Shown here piece by piece: positions 1 to 12,340 of a stretch of 64,000 nucleotides of DNA. Source of the DNA: Azolla caroliniana (Eukaryota; Plantae; Polypodiophyta); the NCBI GenBank assembly GCA_043228905.1, contig JBHGNT010000005.1, forward strand, positions 12,028,001 through 12,092,000, written 5' to 3'. Both the position numbers and the translations under genes were made by a program. Position 1 is the stretch's first letter, and each line of letters begins with the position of its first letter. Below the pieces are notes generated by a model, which had not been told where the DNA came from, did no database searches, and saw only the letters and a program-made list of their open reading frames with translations.

Positions 1-335
1 CGGGCTATTTACAAATATAGCCCTAGTGGGCTCTCTGGAACATATTTGCATATATGTCCCTTCCATCCGATGAGAGGTTCTCACCCGGCCTGCAACATCC
101 GGTTCTCACCGGGTCTTCCGTTGCCGGGTACTCCACATCTGGTTCTCACCGGGTCTTCCGTTGCCGGGTACGCCACATCCGGTTCTCATCGGGTCTTCCA
201 TTGCCGGGTACTCCACATCTAGTTCTCACCGGGTCTTCCGTTGCCGGGTACGCTACATCCGGATTCGGCCTCGGCCGAGTTGCTCATCAACACGGTTCTT
301 CTCACTTCCCATTCGGAGGGACATGTTTCATAACA
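1..335 (-). mobile_element. 5' part of a Ty1/Copia-family LTR (continues left of the window), with ~40-bp tandem repeats
   Basis: The reverse complement starts TGTTATGAAACATGTCCCTCCGAATGGGAAG and aligns by eye with the solo LTR at 4175-4902 and the Copia LTR at 30744-31269. The unit CCGGTTCTCACCGGGTCTTCCGTTGCCGGGTAC.CCACAT repeats about 4 times at ~99-262. Confidence 0.8.
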
Positions 336-918
336 GAAAGAAGCTGAGCCTATCTGAAAGCGGCGAATGACACTTCGAAATACCTCGAGTAGGAGCTCTC
401 GAACAATACTTCGGGAATATTCAACCTCTGCGAAAGCATACAAAACACGGGACATACCAAACCCATTCTTTCGTGAAGTGGCAAAGTTTCTAATTGAAGT
501 AGAGTGCATACACACTAATGCTTACGGGAGGCCAAAGCAGAAAGTGGGCATCGTCATTGCCACATTCGAGGGACATGCCATTGATTGGGGAGTCATCACT
601 GAGAGAGGGCTTGCATGCATTTCAGGTAAGAAAAAAGCTTCGCCCCATCATCTAGCAATACTTAACAATACTATTCCCTCCCCGTGGCCTTCCCGCCCCG
701 GAAATGGGCTGCCAAACAACCACGCCACGGTCAGCAAAGCGAAGACTAGCGGAACTCGTGGAGACGGAATGGGAGGAAGAAGAAAACCCGCGACAAACGG
801 AAATCACCCCATCGCAAGAAAACTAGCTAATGACCCGCGTCCACCCTATCGAAACACAACCGACAAAGACCCAGGTCGAGGAAGAGATGACACGCGGGAG
901 CCCGAGACCCAAGCGTAG
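336..918 (+). pseudogene. Fragment of the 3' extra ORF (eORF) of the Arg-primed Gypsy family
   Basis: 336-385 (RKKLSLSESGE*HFEIP) is homologous to the end of the eORF in element B (RKKLGLSANGGKHFDIF, ~19104-19155). It lies just upstream of an LTR-like segment at ~982. Confidence 0.6.
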
Positions 919-981
919 GAGGTTGGAAAGGAAGGACGGTCACGGGCTTCTTAAAGACACAACCCCATGAGTCGAAAACCC

Positions 982-1111
982 TTGTCCATCGGAATTTTAA
1001 CCGCCGGACATGGTGCGTAAAATATAAAATATAAAATATATTAGAAGCGTTAGGAAACGTATGTAAAGGTTCACATGAGGAGTGTGACCGACTAAAAGCC
1101 CTATGTATATA
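982..1111 (+). repeat. Partial copy of the Gypsy A/B LTR (U3 up to the TATA box)
   Basis: A diverged direct repeat of ~1114-1241, ending in TGTATATA exactly where the complete LTR starts at 1112. Confidence 0.7.
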
Positions 1112-1556
1112 TGTTGTCCGCCGGAATTGTGACCACCGGACATGGCCCGTAAAATATAAAATATAAAATACATTAGAAGCATTAGGAAATGAATGTAACG
1201 GTTCACGCGAGGTGCGTGAACGACTAAAAGCCCTGTGTATATAAAGGGCAGAAATCCTTTGTAAGAGGGAGCGCGTCATTTTTGGGAGTGAAGCTTTTGT
1301 AATGGAATCTTATCGTCTATTATCTCATTGTTTGTCTGTGTAAGTAGTTTACTATCTTGGCGCTGCATTTTGATTCGTAACTGTGGGTTGTAAGCGTAGG
1401 ATAAGTGCGTTCTCCCCTTCACACCGAAATGATATGGTTTCTTAGTATCCTGTTAGGACTCACGTCCAACACAGACCTGTTCCTTGTAAACACAATCACC
1501 TTGAAGTCTACCTCGAAGGATTGAGCGTAGACAGTGTTCCTAATCGGTAACACTTT

Positions 1557-1567
1557 TGGCACGCCTG
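1557..1567 (+). promoter_or_regulatory. Primer binding site (tRNA-Arg-like) of element A
   Basis: TGGCACGCCTG lies 4 nt after the LTR end and is complementary to a plant tRNA-Arg 3' end (..CAGGCGUG-CCA, recalled from memory). The same motif TGGCACGCTTGGTG occurs at 5281 in element B. Confidence 0.7.
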
Positions 1568-4174
1568 TTGATCTATGATTCCTCACAGACGAGCAACAAG
1601 GAACTGATGTCTAGCCGTAGACGACCTAGAGAACCGATTCGACAGGCTCGACCACTGACGAGGTCTATCACTCGCTAGATAGAAGAGCGCGCTAAGCGAA
1701 AACCTCGTCTCAGTGACCACAACGTTTCCTTTCAGGAGTTCAAGATCGACCCCACGCTCACTGAACACCGCAACGTAAAGCAGGAAGCCTTGTTACCACA
1801 CAAAAACCATGGTCTTTCCTTGCCAACAGTCACCATAGTGTCAGGAATGTCTTTCTCCTACCCATGCTTCAATGGCGAAACAGACGTTGCAAGCCACATC
1901 TGGCTGTTCCTGAATGTTTGGAATGCTAATCATATGGCGTTGCGGTTTTCAGCAGCAGAAGCACACGAATCGACGATTGTAGAGTTCGGGTTAACTCTGG
2001 ATGGTAGAGTGGCATGCTAACATTCTCAGATGGACTTGGCAGCAATCACAACCTTCGATCAATTGCAATCAACATTTTTGCGGTTTTTTCATCAGAGGGT
2101 ACAACTACGTGAGATCATCGGGCAATTCTACACCATTAAGCAATTGCCAACAGAATCCATAGCGGATTTTAGCCTACGTTTCCAAAGCCTACGATGGCAA
2201 CTTACACGAGCCTTGACAGACGGAGAGGGTAAAGAAACCTTTTTGGTAGCTTTACGACGACCTATCTGGACGACGCTTAACACGCATAGTGTGAAAGAGG
2301 AAACAACGGATATGGTTATCGACTGAGCATTACAACTCGAATTAGAGGAAGAAGATGAGGGACTATCCATGTCATCGTTACGACATGCATTACCTCAGGA
2401 TGAGGAACATCGATTCTGCCAGTCTATACAGTGCACAATCTATTTAAATTCAAGGCATTCCGTGGTAGAGTGCAATATGAGAATTCATTATCCGATATGT
2501 CACTCAAGGGCACACACGGTGGAGCAATGTGAATACAACATGCTTAACAAACCTACACCCATTGTGTGACGCATAGAACCGCATCGGCAACCTTGCAAGA
2601 ATGATCAAGGGCGACAAGAGGAATGGTTCAGATATGCGGAACGGAATCAGCGCGAAGAGCATCAGAACCGTAATCGCTGTAACAACAACCTCTATTCCGA
2701 CGAGGAAGAACAGGAGGACGAAGACTATCGGAATACCAACCGATATAATAAAGGAGGGCATCGTTATGGCAATCGACGTTCGTCCACTAATTTCGGAGGA
2801 TTCAATGGACCGCGACCAAATGCACACAATAGACAATATAGGGACCAACGTTGCTATGACGAGAGTTTAGAAGATGAGCGGCGTTAGGAGACACAATGGG
2901 AACACTGACAACCACCACGACATAACAGGAGACTTCAGCAAAATCTGGAGGAGCAAGCCTTACTCGCGGAGGCGGCAACACCGGCAGGAGGAGAGAGAGG
3001 TGAAACCAATGTCCATTGTTTCGTATGCCAGCAATCCGGACATTACAGAACACAATGTCCACATTGCAAAGGCAAGGAACCCATTGTAAATACAATCATG
3101 ACGGAAGTCCAACAAGTCACAACACGACAACAAGCAAAGATATGCAAAGCAGCCCAAGCATGGGTAGAAAAAGCAAATGCGGCAAATACAAAGCGTATGA
3201 GGCAGGAATCAGCAGACAACAGTTTGCCGAGGGAGGACATATTATCACCGGATCCCATATGGCAAGCACTAACAGATTGTGAAATAACAATGACCATGGA
3301 GAAGCTCCTCCGACTGGTTCCACGATTTCGGCAGGTCGTGGAGAATCGCATCAAGGGCACAACCAGATTAGATGTCTCAGCAAATTTTGCGGAGACTAGT
3401 GTTGGTCCATCAATAGTGGATCACCATAATCCAACCATTCAATTGGTACTACAAGGACAGGAAATCTCGTGATGTATAGTCGATCGAGGATCCGACGTCA
3501 ATGTCATTAGTACAAAGACGTGCACATGATTGGGAATTTCATATTGGGAAGCCTACCCTTTCTGGCTCCGCATGGCAGACACCCATTTTGTCAGGCCCTT
3601 AGGATTGATCCGAAAGTTAGGCATTATCATTGGCGGCCATCGTTTCGACATCTCGACAGTGGTACTCGCACTGGATGCTCCGAGAGCGTACCCAATATTG
3701 CTGGGCAGACCGTGGCTATGTTCGGTGAACATCAAACAGAACTGGCAGCATAACTGTATCAGTTTCAGATGGGGACGCAACAAAGTTCATGTACCCACTC
3801 AGGAAATGGTGGCACAATCGAAGGGGATAATGCCATTATATGCAGAAGATATAAATATGTTGAAGGGAGTAGACGATATAGAGGTGGAGGCATATCTTGA
3901 TGATCACTCGCGGATCGTTCCATTGTTCGAAATTGACATAATAGAAACTGCTGTGGATTATGCCCCCACTAATACACCTCAGGAAGAGGCATACGAATTG
4001 AACCCAGAATCAATAATGGAGTTAAGCAGATCACGTGCAACGTTCGAGAGGGAAATGGAAATCTCACGGAGAGTCACCGCCTCGGCATTGGAAGAAGTCA
4101 ATGTCGGAACGACGACAAACCCTTGACTACTCTCGATTGCGAAAGACTTACTTCCAAGTCAGAAGGCGGCGATG

Positions 4175-4577
4175 TGTTGGGAGACAGGTTCCTCCGGATG
4201 GGAAGGGAGAAGTGTTGGGAGACAGGTCCCTCCGGATGGGAAGGGAGAAGAACAGTGCTGATGAACAAACTTGACCAAGGCCGATAGGCCGAGGCCGAAA
4301 CCGTATGACGAGTACCCGGCTACGGAGAGTCGGATGGTGCAGACCCGGCGAGAACCGGATGAGGAGTACCCGGCTACGGAGAGCCGGATGGTGCAGACCC
4401 GGTGAGGAGTGCTCACCGGATGAAGAGACATATTCGTAAATATGTTTCTGAGAGTCCATCATGGCTATATTTGTAAATAGCCGAAAAGTCATATTAGTAT
4501 AAATATGACTTAGGGCAAACTTTTAGAAGTTGTTGTTATTCTTGTTGGTGCAAGAAGAGAGAGAGCGCGTAACTGTG

Positions 4578-4631
<54 letters not shown>

Positions 4632-4902
4632 GGTCGTTGGCTCTGTTGAAACCGCCACCTGTGGCGAAGATCGTGAGCACGAGGTCGTTGCCTCCGTGAA
4701 CTCACTGTTGTACATTCTAACATAGTGATAGTTTGCAGCCTGTGGGCTGCCGTGGTTTTTTCCCTGGTTTGGGGTTTTCCACGTAAACATCCTGTGTACT
4801 CATCTCTTCTTTGTGTCGTGCATTTATTTCCCGTTTTCTGTGTATGATTCTAAGCTTGGTTGTGGGCGAGCGTTGCGTATAGGGAGCGTGCAGTTCCTGA
4901 CA
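4175..4902 (+). mobile_element. Copia-family solo LTR inserted in pol of element A
   Basis: TG...CA termini and a perfect 5-bp TSD CGATG (4170-4174 / 4903-4907). The host frame QKAAM|LELLKEYKDVF is restored on removal. It has a duplicated ~38-bp start, ~58-bp internal repeats, TATAAAT at ~4498 and (AG)n at ~4581-4627. Confidence 0.92.
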
Positions 4903-7717
4903 CGATGTTGGAACTGCTCAAGGAATATAAGGATGTTTTTGCATGGTCACACGAAGACATGAAGGGGTTGGACCCAAAGTTTTATCAACACAAAATCAAC
5001 TTATCTACTGACAGAAAACCTGTACAACAGCGTCGGTATCGAATGAACCTGAAATTACGCGGCTCGTGTAAAAGAAGAAATTGACAAACTTCTGAAGGCA
5101 GGGTTCATATGACCGGTAAAGCAAGCAACGTGGCTAAGCCCAATAGTCGTAGTGCCAAAGAAAAATGGCAAAATCCGCGTTTGCGTAGATTATCGTAAAA
5201 TGGCAAAATTGCAAAATTGCAAAATCCCGAAGGACTGTGGGTAGATAGTGTTCTAGTCGACAGTACACCGACAACACTTTTGGCACGCTTGGTGATATGT
5301 GATTTCTTGCAGACAAGCAGCAAGGGATGGATGTCTAGCCGTAGGCGAACCAGAGAACCAACCTGGCAAGATTGACCACTAACGAGGTCCATCACACCCT
5401 AGATAGAAGAGCGTACGAACAAAAACCTCGCCTCAACAACCACGAAGTTTCCTTCCAGGACTACAAGGTGGACCCCACACACACCGAACAACGCGACGTC
5501 AAGCAAGAAGCTCTGTCACCACACGGAAATCGTGGTCTTCCCTTGCCAACCGCCACCATAGTGTCCAGAATGGCCTTCTCTTACCCTCGATTCAATGGCG
5601 AAATAGACGTCGTGAGCCACATCCGGTTGTTCCTGAATGTTTGGAATGGTGCAACGGTTTCCAGAAGCTGAAGCTTATGCCTCGAAGATAGCAGAGTTCG
5701 GATTGACTCTGGATGGTCGAGCAATGTGTTGGCACTCTCAGATGGACCTAGAAGCAATGGCAACCTTCGATCAACTGTAATCAACATTCTTGTGGTTTTT
5801 TCATAGGAGGTTACCACAACGAGAAATCATAGGGCAATTCTATACAATCAAGCAATCACGGAGGGAATCTGTCGCAGATTTTAGTCTACGTTTCCAGAGC
5901 CTACGATGGCAGCTTACACAGGCCCCGACAGATGAGGAGGGTAAGGAGACGTTTTTGGCAGCCCTATATCGACCTTTCAGGACGACCCTTAACACGCATA
6001 GTGGGAAAGGGGAAACAACGGATATGGTTATCGAGCGAGCATTACAACTCGAATTGGAAGAGGAAGATGAAGGATTTTCCATGTCATCGTTACGTCAAGC
6101 ATTGCCTCACGACGAGGAACATTGCTTCTGCCAGGCTATTTAATGTACAATCTGCTTAAACTCAGGGCATTCCGCGGTGGAATGCAACATGTGAATGCAT
6201 TGCCCGATTTGCCACTCAAAGGCGCTACAGTGGAACAATGTGATTACAATATGCTTAACAGACCGACACCCGTCGTACGACGCATGGAACCACAGTGACA
6301 ATATTGCAGGAATGGTCAAGAACGGTAGGAGGATCACTTTCGGTATGCAAACTGATATCAGCGTAGAGAGCGCCCATTCCGAAATCGCCGTAACAGCGAC
6401 CCATATTCCGAGGAAGAAGATCGGGAGGATGACGAATATAGGAATAGTAATCGGTATAATCGAGGGGGGCGTCGTTACGACAATCGCCGTTCGGCAAATA
6501 ATCGAGGGGGATTCAACGGGCCTCGCTCACATGGAAACAACCGACAATATAGGGACCAACAACGTTATGATGAGAGTTCGGAGGATGACCGGCGTCATGA
6601 GTCACGCCGGGACCAACGTCAACCACCCCGGAATAACAGGAGAATGCAGCAAAATCGGGAGGAGCAAGCTGCACCTGTGGATACGAATACACTGCCAATA
6701 GTGGAAAGAGGAGAGTCCAGTGTACATTGATTTGTATGCCAACAACCCGGACATTAGGCGACGCAGTGCCCACGCCGCAAAGGCAAAGAGGTGGCCGTGA
6801 ATACAATCGTGGCAGAAGTAAAACAGGTCACCACACGGCAACAAGCAAAGAACGCGGACTGGGCTAAACAAGATGAGATACGCAAAGCAGCCAAGGACTG
6901 GGTAGAAAAAGCAAAATCTGCAAATGTGGAGTGTATGAAGCAGGAGTCCGCACACACCAGATCGCCAATAGAGGAGGACACGGGATCACCGGACTCCATA
7001 TGGCAAGCATTGGTCGCCCACGAGATAACAATGAGCATGAAGAAGCTTCTCCGACTAGTACCACAATTCCGCTAGGCGGTTGAAAATCGCATGACGTGCA
7101 TACCTAGAGTAGAAGTTTCGGCAAATTTTGCGGAGACTTGTACTGATCCAACAGTCGTCGATCATCACAATCCAGCCATTAAGCTGGTATTACAAGGACA
7201 AGAAATCATGGGATGTATCATTGATGGGGGATCAGGTGTCAATGTCATTAGTATGACCACATGCGCACGATTGGGAATTACAGACTGGGAAGCGTGCCCT
7301 TTTTGGCTCTAAATGGCCGACACCTGTTCTGTTAGACCATTAGGGTTGATTCGGAAATTAGAGATTGTTGTTGGTGGCCATCACTTCGAAATATCGGTGG
7401 TTGTACTCGCATTAGACGCCCCGGGAGCATACCCAATATTGCTTGGCAGGCTTGGTTACGCTCGACCAACATAAAACAAAACTGGCAGCATAATTGCATT
7501 AGTTTCCGATGATGACGGAGCAAAATCCGCGTAACTACCCAGGAAACGACACCACTCACCAAGGGCATAACACCATTATACGTGGAAGACATAAATATGC
7601 TAGGAGTGGAGGATACGGAGTTGGAAGCATACCTTGATGATCACCCACGGGTCGTCCCATTATTCGAAATTGACATAATATAGATTGCCGCGGAATATGC
7701 CTCCACTACGGCACTGT

Positions 7718-8784
7718 CGTGAAGATCCGTCACTACGTGCGGATCGTGAGGTGGAACCGCCGGGGTTCTGGACCGGAAGGAATCGAAGTTTGCACTAGGT
7801 TTAGCGAGAAAATCCTTAAGATAGATTGAAAGAGAGAGAGAATGATATGACGAAAAAGAGATATTGAGATAAAGATTGAACTTTTAACTTTTAGATTTAA
7901 GAGAGAAGATACATCAACAATAGGATTACAAGTTTCTTATTTTTCACAAATGTTTCATTAGTCTCTTCTTGCTTGATTCCTCCACTCTTTTATAGATGCC
8001 CCCATGCATATGATGTATGTGAGGGTGCAAGACATGCACGTAATGCATTAAATGCATGTTTGCCATGTCATCATCTAAGCCCTCATGTATAAGAATTTAC
8101 ATGTAAAATGATCAAAGTAAGACTTTTGAAGATATGATTTGGCTTAGTGGTAAGCCTATTGACTTTTAACTTGGAGGTGCAAGGTTCAAGCCTTGCTCAC
8201 ATCCCTTTTAAAACACAAAATACTACTAGGCTTTTGGTCTTGTATTTACACCGAAAATCTTCAAAACACCATGCACCGCGCGATCAACCGACCGATATGT
8301 CTGTCCGGTCCGGTTCAATCCGATCCCGATTCGATCTTGGTCGTCGCGTCGCTCAATCCGTCCGGTCGGCCAAAACCTTTACAAGTAATTAGGCCACACC
8401 CATTCATCCGGTTAATTTAGCTCAAGTCACCTTGAACATTCTATGATTCACTCATAGACACAAAGTAATAGATTTTGGCCCTGCTTATATACTCTGAGAT
8501 CCTTATTTATCCTGTCTATGCGGGATATCTCGTAGTTTTGTTTTTTCTCTTCTTCTTCGCAAACTTCATACCCACATAACTTGCCACTTAGTTGTTTGTT
8601 TCTTATGTGGTAAAGTGTATTTGAAAGCTCTTGAAGACCTCCATCTTTTTGTACCAAGATATTAAACTAGTATAAAATAGTATCTTCACTATTATTGTTT
8701 CATGTTGTGTGTGAAGAACCACACTCGATTTTGTACATTCCTCGCAATTTTCACACCGTTGCCGAAAATCTCGCAATTTTCACA
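7718..8784 (-). mobile_element. Solo LTR related to the Trp-primed Gypsy D LTR, inserted in pol of element B
   Basis: Termini CGTGAAG...TTTTCACA (TG changed to CG) and 4-bp TSD CTGT/CCGT (7714-7717 / 8785-8788). The host frame TTAP-LKEEA is restored on removal. Same organisation as the D LTR (TATA on minus at ~7990, CATGCA cluster, tRNA-like box). The right junction is duplicated (8741-8790). Confidence 0.7.
8140..8196 (+). promoter_or_regulatory. tRNA(Lys)-like A-box/B-box cassette in the solo LTR
   Basis: TGGCTTAGTGGT ... GACTTTTAAC ... GCAAGG-TTCAAG-CCTTGC. Confidence 0.6.
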
Positions 8785-11700
8785 CCGTTGAAGGAGGAGG
8801 CATGCGAACTGGACCCAGAATCGATCATGGAGTTAAGTAGAGCACGTGCTATGTTCAAAAGGGAAATGGAAATCTTACGGCGTGTCACCGCCTCAGCATT
8901 AGAGGAAGTCAATGTCGGAACAACGACGGATCCTCGATTACTGTCGATTGCAAAAGACTTATTCCCAAGTCAGAAGGTGGCAATGATAGCACTGCTCAAA
9001 GCATATAAGGATGTCTTTGCATGGTCCCATGAAGATATGAAAGGGTTGGACCCAAAGTTTTATCAACACAAGATCAACTTAGCCACCGACGCGAAACCTG
9101 TACAGCAGCGACGATATCAAATGAACCTAAATTATGCATGCGGCTTACATGAAAGAGGAAATTGACAAACATCTCAAGGCAGGATTTATCTGGCCAATAA
9201 AGCAAGCTACATGGCTAAGCCCGATAGTTGTAGTGCCAAAGAAAAATGGCAAAATCTGCATTTGCGTAGATTATCACAATTTAAATGCCGTGACAATCAC
9301 AGATGCGTTCCCTTTACCCTTTACTGACGGCGTACTACATGCGGTCGCAGGCTGACATGTACAATTTTTTAGACGGCTTTAGCGGGTACAATCAGGTACG
9401 CATGCATCCTGACGACCAAGAAAAGACTACGTTCGTCATGGACTGGGGGGTTTACGTAGCAGTGGTCATGATGTTTGGGCTAAAAACGGTGCCAACTACT
9501 TTCCAGCGAATGATCACACAGATTTTTGGGGAGTATATACCTGCCTTTATGCAAGTTTTTCTTGATGATTTCGCGGTATATGGAATAGGAGCCAAACATT
9601 TGGCCCATCTCCGACTCTGTTTGGAACGTTGTCATACTTCAAGCCTAAGGTTGAACCCAACAAAGTGTGCATTTGGCGTTACCAATGGAGCCCTCCTTGG
9701 CCACATCGTAAGCAAGAAGGGAATAACAGTGGATCCTAAGAAAATGACAGCGATAATTGAAGCAAAAACTCTGACTATTGCCAAAGCGCTAAGCCGTTTT
9801 TTGGGGCAAATACACTGGCATAGCCGTATGTTACAGTATTTGGTGGATTTCGCTACCCTGTTACACGCCCTCGTGCATCGCACACCCTTCAAGTGGATGG
9901 CAACTGAAGAAAAAACGTACGACACACTCAAGATAATGTGCCTATACAAAAAGCCGGCATCATAATCGATACTTTCAAAGGGCGCATTGTCGATTGTGGT
10001 GTTGGGAATGATATAGAACGAGAGGCATTGGGAATGATATACAACATCAACAAATTCAGGCATTATTTACTAGGACGAAAATTTATACGTTTCACGTAGA
10101 TCACACGACGTTATTGTACTTGATGGAAAAAGCAGGCGATGACAGGGAAGCTGGCTAGATGGATGCTACTACTCCAGGAGTTCGACTTCGTAATCCAACA
10201 TTGGCTAGGTACGCAACATGCAGTAGCGGATTTTTTAAGTAGAATGGATAACGGGGAAAATGCACGGAAGGGTGACGACGACTTTCCCGACGCTTGCATT
10301 CTACGGGTCGTGATGATAGCGTCAGGGGAAGAGAATTTTTTTTCGGATCGTTGGTTGATGGAAATGACGTACTTTCGGACCACGGGAATGCCACCGCCAC
10401 AACTAAGGATGGATGAAAAGAAGCGATTGGTTGTCTGTAGCCGTAACTTTTGCCTGGTCGAAGGAGTCCTTTATCACAAGGGCAACGATGGCATCTGGCG
10501 ACGCGAGATACGCTAGGATGAGAAGGAAGCCGTCTTGCGCGAAGCACACTGCGATACGGCAGGGGGACACTATGTGGGAGATGTTATGACCAGAGAAATA
10601 TGGCAAGTAAGTCTATGGTGGCCCACCATGCAAAAAGACACACACCTTTATTGCAGGTAGTGCGATCTATGTCAACGATTGGGTCAGCCCACGGAGGGCG
10701 CGAGGATGCCACACCAACCCATTCTTCCGTTGGACCCATTCCAGAAGTGGGCTCTTGATTTTGTTGGTCCTTTTAAGCCGACAACAGCACGAACAAGCAA
10801 TAGATATATTCTGGTAGCCACAGACTACTGTACTAAGTGGGTGGAGGCAAAGGCGCTACGAGACAACACGATGGCATCAATGGCGAAATTTCTTTATGAA
10901 TGCATCTGGTGCCATTTCGGCTGCCCCATTCAGCTCATCAGTGATCAAGGGAGCCATTTTTTGAATTCAGTCATCCACGAGCTCACACACCATTACGCAA
11001 TTGTTCATAAGAAAAGCACGTCATACTATCCACAGGCGAATGAACTAACAGAGTTTACGAACAAAATCTTGCAGACGATACTGAAGAAGATTGTGAATGA
11101 GAATAGAATGGATTGGGATACTAAATTGCACAGCGCCTTGTGGGCGTATCAGACCAGTTACAAGACTAGCATATAGTCTACACCGTTTCGGTTGGCATTT
11201 GGGTTAGAAGCCGTAATGCCCATTCTGCGGATTCAAGTACGAGAATGACTAGCAGAAGGCCAGTCCGAGCAGCTACGGTTACAACAACTCCTTGAATTAG
11301 GCGAAGCTCAGGTACGTAGTATGACCATACTTGAGCAGGAATTGAGACGGCGTAAAGCATTTGTCGATCGACATCGGGTCACGCGGGAGAAGGACTTTGT
11401 AGTCAGGAAGGCCGTGTTGGTCTTTCAAACACACATGGGCCAAATGCCAGGAGAGTTGCGGTTTCGCTGGACGGGACCATATTGGATAGTTGCAGCGGAA
11501 AAAGGCACTTTCCAATTAGGGACCCTCGCTAGAGAGATACTAAGCCAAAAAGTGAATGGATTCAGGCTAAAATCTTATCTGGGACCTACGCCACCAAACC
11601 CATTTCACGCCGTAGATGACGCGGCTGAAGGGTCCCCCGATTAATTAATATCTGGGACCTACTTGTAATATAGTGTAACAGTAATATTCTACTATACCGT

Positions 11701-12340
11701 TGTCGCGTTACTACGTGCGTGTGTGGAGAAACGAGGCGGGACCACCGGGGTCTTGAACCGAAGAGCAGGTGATAGAAGGGGAAAGAGAAGGAGAGAGACG
11801 CCCGGTCACGTATGAGCAAAGAAACACAGGGGCGTGGCCCGTCAACACAGAAGACGCGAATGGACACAGAGACAGGGAGAGACAAGTGTTTGTATATTAA
11901 CGAATAACAAGTACACAACAGAACGCGCGAGCGGCTACAACCGAATAGGCCGGCGAACAAATGTCGATGCCTGTTCGTCTGCGCACGAAATGGGGATAGG
12001 ATGGAGGTGCTGCCGGAAGCACACGGGCGTTCCTCGAAGCAGCGCGAGCCTCCCGAAACTTGCAGAGAAGAGCAACAGAGAACAGACAGAGGAGAAGCGT
12101 TTGGTTCCGGTCCGACAACACTTTGTCCTCCTCAATGCGTGATCCCTTCTCCCTGCGTCTCCCTCTCCTTTATAACGTCAAGAAGGGAGCTGTCTCCCTC
12201 ATTTACTTCCTACCTACCGAATCTAACTACCCCGGATCTCTCTCTGTACCTAATTCTCTATTATATACACTAAGAGCGCACACACGTGAAGGGCCGGTTC
12301 ATGTGCGCTATTCACCGATTGCGCCAGGGGACGGTTTTCT

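Noticed and set aside
99-262. Regular ~40-bp repeats resembling a CRISPR array
   Set aside because: They are head-to-tail with no unique spacers, lie inside a Copia LTR, and there are no cas genes in this eukaryotic context.
7715-7724. Solo LTR starting TGTCGTGAAG at 7715
   Set aside because: This start gives no TSD. A start at 7718 gives an inverted terminus, a 4-bp TSD and an in-frame host ORF, although the boundary remains somewhat uncertain.
11748-11765. B-box-like GGTTCAAGACC on the minus strand of the element C LTR
   Set aside because: No A box at suitable spacing; too weak to count with the other cassettes.
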